The notes under the pieces were generated by a model, which was not told the DNA's origin, did no database searches, and saw only the letters and a list, made by a program, of their open reading frames with translations. A program made the translations under genes and the position numbers. 64,000 nucleotides of DNA from an uncultured Gammaproteobacteria bacterium (GTDB taxonomy: Bacteria > Patescibacteriota > Microgenomatia > UBA12405): the NCBI GenBank assembly GCA_964448465.1, contig CAYUVY010000001.1, positions 25,196 to 89,195 on the forward strand. The letters run 5' to 3'. Of the stretch, positions 10,312 through 20,985 are shown one piece after another. Each line of letters starts with the position of its first letter. The stretch's first letter is position 1.

Positions 10312-11099
10312 AAACCAAAAGATTCCACACCTTATCTGTCGCTATCGCCACCTACAACGAAGAAAACTTTATTGGTAGCCTACTAGACCAGATATCAAAC
10401 TGGGCAGAAGAAATTATTATTGTCGATGGCTCCTCCACTGACAAAACTCAAGAAATCATCAAAAAATATTCCAAAGTAAAAGTAATCACCACCAGCAATA
10501 AACCCATTTTTCATATTAATAAACAAATGGCCATAGATGCCTGTACACGGGATTGGGTCTTGCAGTTAGATGCCGACGAGATCCCGTCTGAAAATTTAAA
10601 AAATGAAATTGACCAGCTACTTTCCAATAAGATCATCGAAAAACAAGGCTACTGGTTAAATCGGGCCAACTATTTTTTGGGTAGGTTTCTAAAAAAAGGT
10701 GGTCAATATCCAGATCCCACCTTGCGACTTTACCAACGGGGACTGGGCAGTCTTCCTTGCAAATCAGTGCACGAACAAGCAGTAGTCCAGGGAACCACCG
10801 GGCACCTAAAAAATGATCTTTTACATTACGCCGACCGTTCATTTACACGTTATCTAACCAGACATAATCGTTATACTACCCTAATTTCCCAGGAAATTAC
10901 TAATCCAGATTTTTTTGATTATTTTATCTTAAAACCACATCTTTGGTTTTTAACTACTTACTTCCGCCACAAAGGTTTCCAAGACGGTTTCCCCGGGTTT
11001 GTTTTTTCATTTTTTTCTGCACTCAGATTTCCAATAGCTTATGTTAAATATTGGGAAAATAAAACTACCAAACACATTCAAAGCAATGACTGGCAATAA
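10308..11099 (+). CDS. GT2 family glycosyltransferase (WaaE/LgtF beta-1,4-glucosyltransferase-like)
   Basis: TYNEE, VDGSSTD, WVLQLDADE, YPD..LRL, VHE, GFQDGFPG. Confidence 0.88.
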   Translation: MKTKRFHTLSVAIATYNEENFIGSLLDQISNWAEEIIIVDGSSTDKTQEIIKKYSKVKVITTSNKPIFHINKQMAIDACTRDWVLQLDADEIPSENLKNEIDQLLSNKIIEKQGYWLNRANYFLGRFLKKGGQYPDPTLRLYQRGLGSLPCKSVHEQAVVQGTTGHLKNDLLHYADRSFTRYLTRHNRYTTLISQEITNPDFFDYFILKPHLWFLTTYFRHKGFQDGFPGFVFSFFSALRFPIAYVKYWENKTTKHIQSNDWQ

Positions 11100-12141
11100 A
11101 CAAAAAATAGTTCAAATAGTTCTACCTCCTCAAACCGATACAAGTAAATTTAGAGGTATAGGTGAATACACCCAACACCTAATTGACCACGTATCTAAAC
11201 AAAAAAAATATCAACTTCTTTTGCAACATGAAATTTCACCCAAGGCAGATTTAATCCACTATCCCAGTTTAGACTTTTTTAAAACCACCTTACCTTTAAT
11301 TTTTAAGCAACCAACTATTTTAACAGTTCACGACGTTATCCCGATAGAATACGCCAATCATTTCCCCGTGGGCCTTAAAGGCAAATTGGCCTGGTTATAT
11401 CAAAAACAACGCTTACAATCTGCAAATTTTATTCTTACCGACTCCCATAGCTCTAAATATAGTTTGCATAGACAAACCGGTTACCCTCTTTCTAAGATAT
11501 ACAATGTTTACCTAGGTGCAGACACCAATTATCATCCGATCCAAAAACTTGAAGCCAAAAAACTAGCTCAAAATTTACACTTACCCGAGCAATTTGTTCT
11601 ATATGTAGGCGATATTAATTGGAATAAAAATATACCCAACTTATTAAATGCCTGCATAAATATTTCAATACCTCTGGTTTTAGTAGGCAAAACTGCTAGT
11701 ACCCCACTAAACGAAGTGCCACATCATCCTTGGACAGAAGATATTCGATATCTCAAAATAATGCAAGAAAAATACCCCAAACTAATTCTTACCCCAGGCT
11801 ACTTAGAAACAAAAACTATTAATGCCTTATACCAACTAGCCTTGTGTTATTGTCAACCTTCTTTTGCCGAAGGATTTGGCCTACCACTGCTACAGGCTAT
11901 GCAGGCCGGTTGCCCCATTGCTTATAGCTACACTACCAGTTTAATTGAAATAGGTAATTATGTGGGGCAAATCTTTAATCCTGAAAAAACAAAGCAAATA
12001 GAAAAATGTGTATTACAATACAAAAACGATCCCAAACTTCGAGAAAATTCCATCAATAGTGGTTTAATCCAAGCCCAAGCTTTCTCTTGGGAAAAAGCTG
12101 CCACACAAACTTTAGCTGTCTATGACTTAGCTATAAAATGA
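11086..12141 (+). CDS. GT4 family glycosyltransferase (MtfB/WbpY-like)
   Basis: RGIGEY, TVHD, NKN, EGFGLPLLQAM, FSWE. Start moved to the ATG at 11086. Confidence 0.9.
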   Translation: MTGNKQKIVQIVLPPQTDTSKFRGIGEYTQHLIDHVSKQKKYQLLLQHEISPKADLIHYPSLDFFKTTLPLIFKQPTILTVHDVIPIEYANHFPVGLKGKLAWLYQKQRLQSANFILTDSHSSKYSLHRQTGYPLSKIYNVYLGADTNYHPIQKLEAKKLAQNLHLPEQFVLYVGDINWNKNIPNLLNACINISIPLVLVGKTASTPLNEVPHHPWTEDIRYLKIMQEKYPKLILTPGYLETKTINALYQLALCYCQPSFAEGFGLPLLQAMQAGCPIAYSYTTSLIEIGNYVGQIFNPEKTKQIEKCVLQYKNDPKLRENSINSGLIQAQAFSWEKAATQTLAVYDLAIK

Positions 12142-12944
12142 TTACTACCAACCATTTTTTGAGTGTTATTGTCCCTATTTATAAGCAGGAAAAAACAATT
12201 CAAGAAGACATAAGTCAAATTTTAAACACACTCTCGCTTTTACGCTACGATTTTGAACTAATTGCCGTTGTCGATGGCATTAATGTTGATAATTCCTATA
12301 AAATATTAAAAAAAATAAACAATCCAAAACTAATTGTCACCGGATATTTACACAACAAAGGTAAGGGTAATGCTGTTCGTTTTGGTATGGCCAAATCCAA
12401 AGGTGACTATGTCGCCTTTATTGATTCTGGTATGGATATCGACCCCAACGGTATCTCCATGCTTATAGAACACCTTGAGTGGTATAAAGCCGATATTATC
12501 ATTGCCTCCAAAAATCATCCAGCCTCTATGGTTGTCTATCCTCTACAACGTAAGATTTTGAGTCTAATTGTTCAGACTTATATGCGCTTGTTCTTAGGTC
12601 TAAAGATTACCGATTCCCAAGCAGGACTAAAATTATTTAAACGAAAGGTTTTAGTCGCAGTTTTACCAAGGCTGCTAGTAAAAAATTTTGCTATAGATCT
12701 GGAAATATTAAGTGTGGCAAAATACTTGGGCTTTGACAAAATTTACGAAGCCCCTATTAAACTTAAATATGACTTTAAACCACTTACTCATTCCTCCACA
12801 AACTTAAAGGCTATCAAGCAGTTTGCTATCGACGCCTTAGCAATTTTTTATCGTATATATATTAAGCGCTACTATCGTGATAATAATTATCGGCAGTGGG
12901 TTTTTGATCCTGAACTAAAAATGCGCGTCAATACTGGCCAATGA
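12138..12944 (+). CDS. GT2 polyprenol-phosphate sugar synthase (DPM1/ALG5-like)
   Basis: NKGKGNAV, FIDSG, DSQAGLKLF, FAIDLEIL. Confidence 0.8.
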   Translation: MITTNHFLSVIVPIYKQEKTIQEDISQILNTLSLLRYDFELIAVVDGINVDNSYKILKKINNPKLIVTGYLHNKGKGNAVRFGMAKSKGDYVAFIDSGMDIDPNGISMLIEHLEWYKADIIIASKNHPASMVVYPLQRKILSLIVQTYMRLFLGLKITDSQAGLKLFKRKVLVAVLPRLLVKNFAIDLEILSVAKYLGFDKIYEAPIKLKYDFKPLTHSSTNLKAIKQFAIDALAIFYRIYIKRYYRDNNYRQWVFDPELKMRVNTGQ

Positions 12945-13924
12945 CACCTGTACCAATTTTTACTATCATTATTGCCGGTCGTAGTCACAATAAACTATTA
13001 GACCAAACTATCTCTGCTTTAAATAAACAAACCTGTAAATCCTATGAGGTAATTATTATTTTAGACAAAGATATAGATTCTACCCAAAGAGAACAAGTTA
13101 TTCCTGCCTTTAAGCGCAACCTTGGAGCAAAAAGAGCCAAAGGGGAAATACTTGCGTTTTTAGACGACGACTCCTATCCGGATCCATTGTGGCTAACAAA
13201 CGCTCTAACGATCTTTAGTACTAACGCACAAACTCTTGCTCTGGGTGGACCAAGCCTTACCCCTCCAGAAAACAACATCCTTCAACAAGCCAGCGGTTTA
13301 ATCTATTCCAGCTTTTTAGGTTCGGGTGGAGCAGGGGACTATCGCAATTTAATTAAACCCGAAAGATATGTAGACGATTATCCAACTGTCAATTTTTTTA
13401 TTCGCAAAAAAATATTTAACCAACTTGGTGGCTTTGACACCAAACATTGGCCAGGAGAAGATACCTTACTTTGTCGAAAACTAATCAAATATCAAGCAAA
13501 TTCCATCTTATATTCTCCTTTGCCCATTGTTTACCACCACCGTCGACCAATTGGACTAAGTTTACTAAAACAAATTAGTCGTTACGGCCAACACCGAGGT
13601 TTTTTTGCCAAAATATATCCCGAAAATAGCCTTAAACTTGGCTACCTTATACCGCCAATATTTACACTATATATCCTAAGTTTATTTTTCTTTCATACCA
13701 AAATATATCTTACCCCCTTGCTTGCCTACGCCTCGCTAGTTCTTGTTAATTTCTTTTTGCAAATCAAAAATAATCTTTGGGCCAATCTGGTTTCCAACTT
13801 ATTTATCCCCTTAGTTCACCTTACCTACGGGTTATTTTTTCTAAAAGGCTTTTTGTTTACCAAAGATTTATTAAGTCAGCCACACACCCTTAATACCAAG
13901 ACTGGTCAATATCAAGGTGGATAA
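12941..13924 (+). CDS. GT2 family glycosyltransferase with C-terminal TM helices (ExoA-like)
   Basis: RNLGA, FLDDD, GGFD, GED, hydrophobic C-terminus. Confidence 0.85.
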   Translation: MTPVPIFTIIIAGRSHNKLLDQTISALNKQTCKSYEVIIILDKDIDSTQREQVIPAFKRNLGAKRAKGEILAFLDDDSYPDPLWLTNALTIFSTNAQTLALGGPSLTPPENNILQQASGLIYSSFLGSGGAGDYRNLIKPERYVDDYPTVNFFIRKKIFNQLGGFDTKHWPGEDTLLCRKLIKYQANSILYSPLPIVYHHRRPIGLSLLKQISRYGQHRGFFAKIYPENSLKLGYLIPPIFTLYILSLFFFHTKIYLTPLLAYASLVLVNFFLQIKNNLWANLVSNLFIPLVHLTYGLFFLKGFLFTKDLLSQPHTLNTKTGQYQGG

Positions 13925-13926
13925 GG

Positions 13927-13932
13927 TATACT
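13927..13932 (+). promoter_or_regulatory. -10 box TATACT, 7 nt before ATG 13940 (leaderless promoter)
   Basis: ggTATACTggaattcATG fills the 15-bp gap; no SD. Confidence 0.6.
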
Positions 13933-13939
13933 GGAATTC

Positions 13940-15457
13940 ATGTCTAAGAAAAAACTATCCATAGCTATTTCTTACCCCCCTCTAGAAACCAACAAAGGCA
14001 CAGCCTTTTTATCCCAAAATCGCCAGTTTCAATGGACAAATACAGGAAATTGTATATATCCAGTAATCCCAGCTTATGCCGCTAGTTTGTTAGAAAGAGA
14101 AGGCTACCAGGTTTATTGGGACGACGCTATTGCCGAAAAACTCAGCAAAGATCAATGGCTCAAACGGATATTAGAATTAAAGCCAGACGTCATTGCCATT
14201 GAGTCCAAAACACCTACTATCAAATGGTACTGGCAAGTTATCGATGAACTACGCACCTACCAAACTAAATCCTGGCAACCCACCATAGTCTTGCTTGGTG
14301 ATCATCTTACGGCTCTTCCCCAAGAATCCCTAGAAAATTGCTCTGTAGACCTGGTAATCACTGGTGGCGACTATGATTTTATGTTGCTAAATCTAATGAA
14401 CAACTTGGATCACGGAGAAACCTTAGAACCTGGTATCTGGTACAGGGATGGTAAAACTATAAAAAACACCGGTCCATATGCTTTAAAACACCACAATCTC
14501 GACAGCTTGCCTTTTATTAACCGAGATCTAACTAAATGGGAACTTTATGCCTACAACAATGGCAATTATAAATACACTCCAGCCACCTATATGATGACCG
14601 GACGCGACTGCTGGTGGGGTAAGTGTACCTTTTGCTCTTGGACCACTATTTTCCCCGGTAAGGCATTTCGGTTTTTTACTCCCAAGCGTACTCTTGCCGA
14701 AGTAAAACACGTGGTCGACAATTATAGTATCCGCGAGATTTTTGATGACGCCGGTACTCTCACTCCGGGCGCCTGGATTCATGAATTTACCAAAGGACTA
14801 ATATCATCAGGTCTACACCAAAAGGTTCGTTATGGAGCCAATATGCGCTTTAATGCTGTTGGTGAAAAAGAGTACCAAACCATGGGTGAAGCCCGATTTA
14901 GATTTATGCTCTATGGCCTAGAATCTAGTAATCAAAAGACTTTAGATCTACTTGAGAAAGGTACCAAAACCGAGGACGCCAGAAAGTCCCTAACTTTAGC
15001 CAAAAAATACGGTATGGAACCACACTTAACTATCATGATTGGTTATCCTTGGGAAACTCGTCAAGATGCCCTAAATACTCTAGAAGAAGCCCGAAGCTTA
15101 TTTCGAGACTGCCTGGCCGATTCTATGCAAGCCACCATTGTCATACCCTATCCTGGTACACCGCTATTTAAACAATGCCAAGAAAATAATTGGCTTTTAA
15201 CCAACGATTGGAACGATTATGATATGCGCCAAGCTATCATGAAATGCGACATGGGCACAGAAGAATTAAAAGCCATGGTTCAGAGTTTATTCAAAGGGGT
15301 GCTTACACCAAAATTCTTAACCAAAAAGATTAGTTCTATTCGCAGCGTAGATGACGTTAAGCATCTGGGTAGCTATGCCTATAAGTTTATTAAAAAACTG
15401 AAGGATTTCCCAGTCTACAATGCCAACACTCTCGGTAGTCATACCCACGCTCAATAG
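13940..15457 (+). CDS. Cobalamin-binding radical SAM protein (class B / HpnJ-BchE-like)
   Basis: N-terminal B12-type Rossmann domain (PDVIAIES, VLLGDHLTALP, DLVITG), CWWGKCTFC cluster motif, FDD, YGLES, MIGYPWET, PYPGTPL. Confidence 0.88.
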   Translation: MSKKKLSIAISYPPLETNKGTAFLSQNRQFQWTNTGNCIYPVIPAYAASLLEREGYQVYWDDAIAEKLSKDQWLKRILELKPDVIAIESKTPTIKWYWQVIDELRTYQTKSWQPTIVLLGDHLTALPQESLENCSVDLVITGGDYDFMLLNLMNNLDHGETLEPGIWYRDGKTIKNTGPYALKHHNLDSLPFINRDLTKWELYAYNNGNYKYTPATYMMTGRDCWWGKCTFCSWTTIFPGKAFRFFTPKRTLAEVKHVVDNYSIREIFDDAGTLTPGAWIHEFTKGLISSGLHQKVRYGANMRFNAVGEKEYQTMGEARFRFMLYGLESSNQKTLDLLEKGTKTEDARKSLTLAKKYGMEPHLTIMIGYPWETRQDALNTLEEARSLFRDCLADSMQATIVIPYPGTPLFKQCQENNWLLTNDWNDYDMRQAIMKCDMGTEELKAMVQSLFKGVLTPKFLTKKISSIRSVDDVKHLGSYAYKFIKKLKDFPVYNANTLGSHTHAQ

Positions 15458-16427
15458 TCAAAATACTCTTGCCCTTTGTCTAGACAGCCTTTTTAAGCAA
15501 AAATATAGGAACCTGGAGTTAATCATCTGCGACGGAGGCTCTCTTGACCAAACACTTTTAATAGCCAAAAAATATCATGCAATTATCCTAAAAAATACTC
15601 TCAAAACTGCCGAAGCCGGCAAAGCTCTGGGCCTAAAAAAGGCCACCGGTAAATATGTATTATTGCTAGATTCCGACAATATTTTACCAAATTCCAATTG
15701 GCTAGATGAGTTAATAAAACCACTAGACGGCGACCTGGTAGCTATAGGAAGTGAACCCTGGGCTTTTACTTATCGCCCAAAGGCAGGTTTTATCGAGCGT
15801 TACAGTGCCTTAATAGGGGCCAATGATCCATATGCCTGGTTTACCCACAAACTAGACAAAATAAATTATTTAAGTAACACTTGGCCACACCCTGAGCTCA
15901 TAAATGAAGAAAATTCCCAATACTTGACTCTAAAACTAACTAAAAATAAAATTATCCCCACGATAGGAGCCAATGGCACAATTTTCCGCACGAACTTCCT
16001 AAAAAAGCACAGCAATAAAGACTTTTTGTTTGATATAGATATTATTAATCAGGCTGTAAACAAACAAGATTTACTATTTATAAAAACGAAAAATAGCATT
16101 ATTCATACTTATTGCGAGTCGTCTGTTAAAAAATTTATACGTAAACAGACCCGTAGAATGCTAGATTACTACCAATACCAAGCAGTACGCCAGACTTCTT
16201 GGCAAACCACTTCCACCTCCCCAGACAATCTGCTCTTTACTTTATATAGCATATTATTTTTACCTGCACTTGGTACCTGTCTGTATGGTTATTTCAAAAA
16301 GCCAGACAGAGCTTGGTTTTTTCATCCATTAGCTTGTTTTCTTAGCGCTTGGATTTACATTTCTAAATATATACAAAACAAGTTGGGCTTACTAAAATAT
16401 CAAAATAGGTTAAACTGGTCACAATGA
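15420..16427 (+). CDS. GT2 family glycosyltransferase with C-terminal TM helices
   Basis: SVVIPTLN, CDGGSLD, LLDSD. Confidence 0.88.
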   Translation: MPTLSVVIPTLNSQNTLALCLDSLFKQKYRNLELIICDGGSLDQTLLIAKKYHAIILKNTLKTAEAGKALGLKKATGKYVLLLDSDNILPNSNWLDELIKPLDGDLVAIGSEPWAFTYRPKAGFIERYSALIGANDPYAWFTHKLDKINYLSNTWPHPELINEENSQYLTLKLTKNKIIPTIGANGTIFRTNFLKKHSNKDFLFDIDIINQAVNKQDLLFIKTKNSIIHTYCESSVKKFIRKQTRRMLDYYQYQAVRQTSWQTTSTSPDNLLFTLYSILFLPALGTCLYGYFKKPDRAWFFHPLACFLSAWIYISKYIQNKLGLLKYQNRLNWSQ

Positions 16428-17413
16428 AAATAAGTATACTTTTAACTACATACAACGGAGCAAGCTGTATCAAAGAAACAGTTGACAGTCTCTTAAAACA
16501 AAACTATAAAAATTACGAAATAATAGCTCACGACAATAGCTCTAAGGACAACACCGTTGGGATCTTAAAATCCTATAAAAATCCCAAGATTAAGATATAT
16601 ATTAACAAAATTAATTTGGGATACCCCAAAAATCTCGAAGGTGCACGACAAAAGGCTACTGGAGACATTTTGTTCCTCATGGGACAAGACGACTTGCTTG
16701 CAGATGGGGTATTGCAAAAAATCAATGACACCTTCCAAGCTAACCCAGAGATAGGAGCAATAAGTAGACCTTACTACTGGTTTAACCAATCATCACTTAG
16801 ACCAGTACGGGCAAAACCCTATCTTTCCCTAGAAAAAGATATTCTACTAAATTACAAATCCAACCTCAGCGACATATTTTGCTTAATAGACAGTCTAGAC
16901 CAACTTTCTGGATTAGCCTATCGACGCAAGTTTATGACCTCTGGATTCCATCCCGACATATTCCCTTGTCACATCTATCCTTTTTTGGAAATCTTTAAAA
17001 AACACCCCGTAGTATTCCAAGGTGAATACACCATTGCCGTACGTATCCAAACCAGTCAATCTCGTTGGCTCAAGTCAACCTACGAAAAATCACCAATATT
17101 AAGCTGGGTTGAAATGATAAAAAATACATTTAGGGAGCATAAATTTATAAAATTACAAAAAAATATAATAGAAAATTTTGTTGCAAAAAATTACGTTGGC
17201 TTAGTGCAAATTAGAAATTACGGATCATATATTTACCTCCTAAGAGAGGCATATTACCTAATTAAATTTCGACCACGAAACATCTTAGAGCCTAAATTTT
17301 GGTTTTATTTTCTTATGTGTGCTTTAACTCCAAGAAAAATACTTATTGCCATAACCGATTGGTACAAAGATCACCTACTTTCAAAAACAATACACATTAA
17401 AACTATTTCATAA
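16424..17413 (+). CDS. GT2 family glycosyltransferase
   Basis: SILLTTYNG, HDNSSKD, MGQDD. Confidence 0.88.
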   Translation: MKISILLTTYNGASCIKETVDSLLKQNYKNYEIIAHDNSSKDNTVGILKSYKNPKIKIYINKINLGYPKNLEGARQKATGDILFLMGQDDLLADGVLQKINDTFQANPEIGAISRPYYWFNQSSLRPVRAKPYLSLEKDILLNYKSNLSDIFCLIDSLDQLSGLAYRRKFMTSGFHPDIFPCHIYPFLEIFKKHPVVFQGEYTIAVRIQTSQSRWLKSTYEKSPILSWVEMIKNTFREHKFIKLQKNIIENFVAKNYVGLVQIRNYGSYIYLLREAYYLIKFRPRNILEPKFWFYFLMCALTPRKILIAITDWYKDHLLSKTIHIKTIS

Positions 17414-17423
17414 ATAAACATCC

Positions 17424-18395
17424 ATGGCTAAAAATACACATAGCAAGGTAACTGTCATCATACCTGCCAGAAACTCCGAAACAACCATAGAACAAACAAT
17501 ATTGTCTTTAAACAAGCAATCTAAATATTTTGGAGAGCTTATCATCGTAGACAACGCATCCACAGATAATACCCTGAAAATTATAAAACAAACAGTTGAG
17601 AAAATAAATACAAACATACTGGTAACAATTATTAATCACCCCAAAGACAAAGGACTTTCCGAAAGTTACAACGAAGCCATAAAAATATCTAAGGGTACAA
17701 TAATCGTAACTTTACATTCTGACATTTTACTAGAGAAAGACGCTCTCGTCTTGTTAACAAAGCCACTATTAGAAAATAGTAATGTCCTAGCCACCACACA
17801 TCAGGTCATCCACCCTCTCAAAATTTGGCTAAACTATAATTTTTGGCAAAAGTCACTTTTTTCCAGACACCTTGGAAAAACGTTATCTGGAATGGATGGA
17901 AAGTTTGATGGTTTTAACAAAAAAGCAATAATTGAAGTGGGATTGTTTGATTCTACATCTTTCCGTACGGCAGGTGAGGACAGTGATATCGTAAACAGAT
18001 TAAAGAAAATAGGGGAGATAATCTATACCAAGGCAACCATCGTCCACATGCATACATATAGTAAAAACTTTAATTTGAATGATTTAATTTATAAGCACGC
18101 ACAATATGCAGAAGCACAAGGTACTTTACTAAGAAAACATGGACCCGTTGGTTTCAAATATATATTAATAGTTTACTTTAGAGAAATACTTATCCTCTCT
18201 TTGCTAATACCATATTTTAGAATAATTTCCTTGGTCCTAATATTAATATACTCATTTTTGTATACAAAAAATACATATATTTACGAACACAAAAATCCGA
18301 GAATAATTATTCTTCCGTTTGTAAACGTATTCCTACTTTTTGTAAGCTTGATATTTACAATCAGAGGCTACTTGCGAAATAAGCAAACTATTTAA
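17424..18395 (+). CDS. GT2 family glycosyltransferase with C-terminal TM helices
   Basis: VIIPARN, VDNASTD, LHSD, GLFD..AGED. Confidence 0.88.
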   Translation: MAKNTHSKVTVIIPARNSETTIEQTILSLNKQSKYFGELIIVDNASTDNTLKIIKQTVEKINTNILVTIINHPKDKGLSESYNEAIKISKGTIIVTLHSDILLEKDALVLLTKPLLENSNVLATTHQVIHPLKIWLNYNFWQKSLFSRHLGKTLSGMDGKFDGFNKKAIIEVGLFDSTSFRTAGEDSDIVNRLKKIGEIIYTKATIVHMHTYSKNFNLNDLIYKHAQYAEAQGTLLRKHGPVGFKYILIVYFREILILSLLIPYFRIISLVLILIYSFLYTKNTYIYEHKNPRIIILPFVNVFLLFVSLIFTIRGYLRNKQTI

Positions 18396-18840
18396 ATTTT
18401 ATTGACCAATCGTAGGGAATTTCAGTATTATTTATTGGATCTAGTCTAATAATCTCCTCGGGATCATGGGGTAAAGTTGCGCAATTAGCTACTATAGCCA
18501 CAGGAGAGCTTATTCCTTTAAATCCATTCCAAACCCCAGTAGGAATTGTTACCAAACTATAGTTTTCGGAACCTAAAAATATTTCTTGGACTTCTCCTTT
18601 GGTCTTAGAATTTTCTCTTGGATCATACAAAACTAGCTTGATCATTCCTGAAACAACGGCATAATTTAAAGTCATCAATTTGTGCAAGTGCCAACCCTTA
18701 ACTACCCCAGGGTAAACAGTTGAAAAATATATTTCTCCAAACTTAATAAAATCAGGATCGTCTGATCTTAACATGGGGTAAATAGCCCCTCTTTCGTCCG
18801 GTCGCTTTGTTAATTGTTTAATCCTTACTCCTTCAATCAT
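18388..18840 (-). CDS. rfbC: NDP-4-keto-6-deoxyhexose 3,5-/5-epimerase (RmlC/RfbC cupin family)
   Basis: DERG, PGVVKGWHLH, IPTGVWNGF. Confidence 0.8.
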   Translation of the reverse strand: MIEGVRIKQLTKRPDERGAIYPMLRSDDPDFIKFGEIYFSTVYPGVVKGWHLHKLMTLNYAVVSGMIKLVLYDPRENSKTKGEVQEIFLGSENYSLVTIPTGVWNGFKGISSPVAIVANCATLPHDPEEIIRLDPINNTEIPYDWSIKFK

Positions 18841-19753
18841 AATTTTTTAAATAACTCTTAATGGTTAATTTTAAACCATCTTCAATTGCAGTGGTAGGTT
18901 CCCATCCTAGCATGGCCTTTGCTTTTGAAAAGTTACAGCTCAAGAATCTAACGTCTTTGGGTATAACATTCCCCCAGCTAACTATAGGTTTTTTCTTTAA
19001 GTACTTTTCAACCACAGCTACGATTTTTCTGATAGTTACTACTTTTCTATTACCGATCAGAAAAGACTCATATTTGGTATTACTTATACTTGATGCAAAC
19101 TTAATTGCTTTAAGATAAGCCATAACCACATCTCCCACATAAGTAAAACACAATTTTTGCCTACCATCAGACAAACCATACGTGGTGTTATTTATAGTAT
19201 TTATAATAATTTTCGGAACAACTTTGTCGTTGTCAGCCTCACCATACACATATATTGGCTTCAAAGTAATCCCTCTTATTAGACCTCTATCCACTTGGTA
19301 CTTAAAAATATTTTCAAAAGCAATCTTCAGAGCGGCATAGTAATTTAAAGGCTTAAGTATGGAGTTTTCGTTAATAGCTTTTGAGCTCAAAGCATATTCA
19401 AAACAAGTACCGGTATTAATAAAAGCCTTTACTTTTCCAACAATGCACCACTCTAACAATCTAGATGGTAAAACAAAGTTTGATTCAATCATCCGCATTT
19501 TTTCCTCGTAAGTACTCTCGTCTCGCACATAATCAGTTGCCATATGAATCAACACATCCACACCACCTAGTTCAAGTATCCTACGACAATCATCCAAATC
19601 TACAATTAGCTTAACCTTGCTGGATATGTCTCTAATTCTGTCAAATTTTGAGTTAGCACGAGCTAATAAAAATACTTCATAACGCAAATCAACCAACTTT
19701 CTAACCAAGTGACTTCCTACAAAGCCCGTGCCGCCAGTCAACAAAATTTTCAT
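18833..19753 (-). CDS. NAD-dependent epimerase/4-reductase (CDP-abequose/paratose/ascarylose synthase-like SDR)
   Basis: TGGTGFVG, GTCFEY, YAALK; lies directly downstream of rfbH. Confidence 0.75.
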   Translation of the reverse strand: MKILLTGGTGFVGSHLVRKLVDLRYEVFLLARANSKFDRIRDISSKVKLIVDLDDCRRILELGGVDVLIHMATDYVRDESTYEEKMRMIESNFVLPSRLLEWCIVGKVKAFINTGTCFEYALSSKAINENSILKPLNYYAALKIAFENIFKYQVDRGLIRGITLKPIYVYGEADNDKVVPKIIINTINNTTYGLSDGRQKLCFTYVGDVVMAYLKAIKFASSISNTKYESFLIGNRKVVTIRKIVAVVEKYLKKKPIVSWGNVIPKDVRFLSCNFSKAKAMLGWEPTTAIEDGLKLTIKSYLKNYD

Positions 19754-20985
19754 AAATATTTTGTCAAAAATTCTTGTGTGGTTTTTACTACATATTCTAT
19801 GTCTTCAACAGAAATACCTGGATAAACACCCAACCAAAAAGCATTATTCATAATCATATCGGCTTTTTCCATCAAACCCACTATTTTATATTTAGACTTG
19901 TGTTCCAAATAGGCCGGATGTCGCAGTAAGTTACCAGAAAATACATTACGAGTGCCTATCATGTGGTTTTCCAAATAGGATGTTAGCTCGTTGCGAGTAA
20001 AAGGAGCCTTTGGTTTAACTAATATGGGAAATCCAAAATAGGAGACATCTTCTTTTGGATTATTTTTTAACAACTTAAAGAATTTTTTATACTTTCCAAA
20101 AAATTCTTCTAACAAATTATAATTACGTTGCCTAATTTTTATAAAATTTGGCAATTTCCTCAATTGGGCTAATCCTATGGCTGCCTGGAAATCTGTAAGC
20201 TTTAAATTAAACCCTATCTCCGAATATATATATTTATGATCATAACCTTCGGGTAGTTCTCCAAGTTTCCAGCCAAATCTCTTGTTACAGGTGTTATCTT
20301 TGCCAGGAGCACACCAACAATCTCTTCCCCAATCTCTAAACTGGCGCATTTTTGTGTGCAATATAGCACTGTTAGTCACCACGGCGCCTCCCTCACCCAT
20401 AGTTATTTGATGTGCAGGGTAAAAGCTATAAGTAGCCATATCCCCAAAGGTTCCAAGCATCTTACCTTTATACTTTGAACCCAAAGCATCACAACAATCT
20501 TCGATTAACCATAAATTATACTTTTTACACAACTTTACAATTTTATCTATCTCAAAAGGCTTACCAAGAGTATGAGCCAACATTATCAACTTTGTTTTTT
20601 TTGTTATATTTTTTTCTATTTGGGAAGTATCAATATTTAGTGTGTCCAAAGAAGCATCAATAAAAATTGGTTTTAGTCCAAACATCAAGGCGGGGTTAAC
20701 CGTAGTGGGAAATGCCACTGCAGTGGTTATAAACTCATCTCCTGCTCTTAATCTTCTTTCTTTAAAAATACGAGAGGTCAAAGTGGCCAATGCCAGCAAA
20801 TTTGCCGAGGAACCAGAATTTACCAAAGAAACATGCCTAACCCCCAAAAACTTCTTAAATTCTGACTCAAACTCCAAAGCGAATCTTCCCTCAGTCCACC
20901 AACCATCTTTTGCTGCTTCAATTGCGTTATTTATTTCCGACTCATCAAAAACTTTCCCAGAAACTTGGATATATTTTCTATTCAT
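19750..20985 (-). CDS. rfbH: CDP-4-keto-6-deoxy-D-glucose 3-dehydrase (E1, DdhC/RfbH)
   Basis: NSGSSANL, FPTTVNP, AHTLG, EDCCDALG, SFYPAH (His in place of the PLP Lys), RDWGRDCWC..C, GYDHKY. Confidence 0.92.
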   Translation of the reverse strand: MNRKYIQVSGKVFDESEINNAIEAAKDGWWTEGRFALEFESEFKKFLGVRHVSLVNSGSSANLLALATLTSRIFKERRLRAGDEFITTAVAFPTTVNPALMFGLKPIFIDASLDTLNIDTSQIEKNITKKTKLIMLAHTLGKPFEIDKIVKLCKKYNLWLIEDCCDALGSKYKGKMLGTFGDMATYSFYPAHQITMGEGGAVVTNSAILHTKMRQFRDWGRDCWCAPGKDNTCNKRFGWKLGELPEGYDHKYIYSEIGFNLKLTDFQAAIGLAQLRKLPNFIKIRQRNYNLLEEFFGKYKKFFKLLKNNPKEDVSYFGFPILVKPKAPFTRNELTSYLENHMIGTRNVFSGNLLRHPAYLEHKSKYKIVGLMEKADMIMNNAFWLGVYPGISVEDIEYVVKTTQEFLTKYL

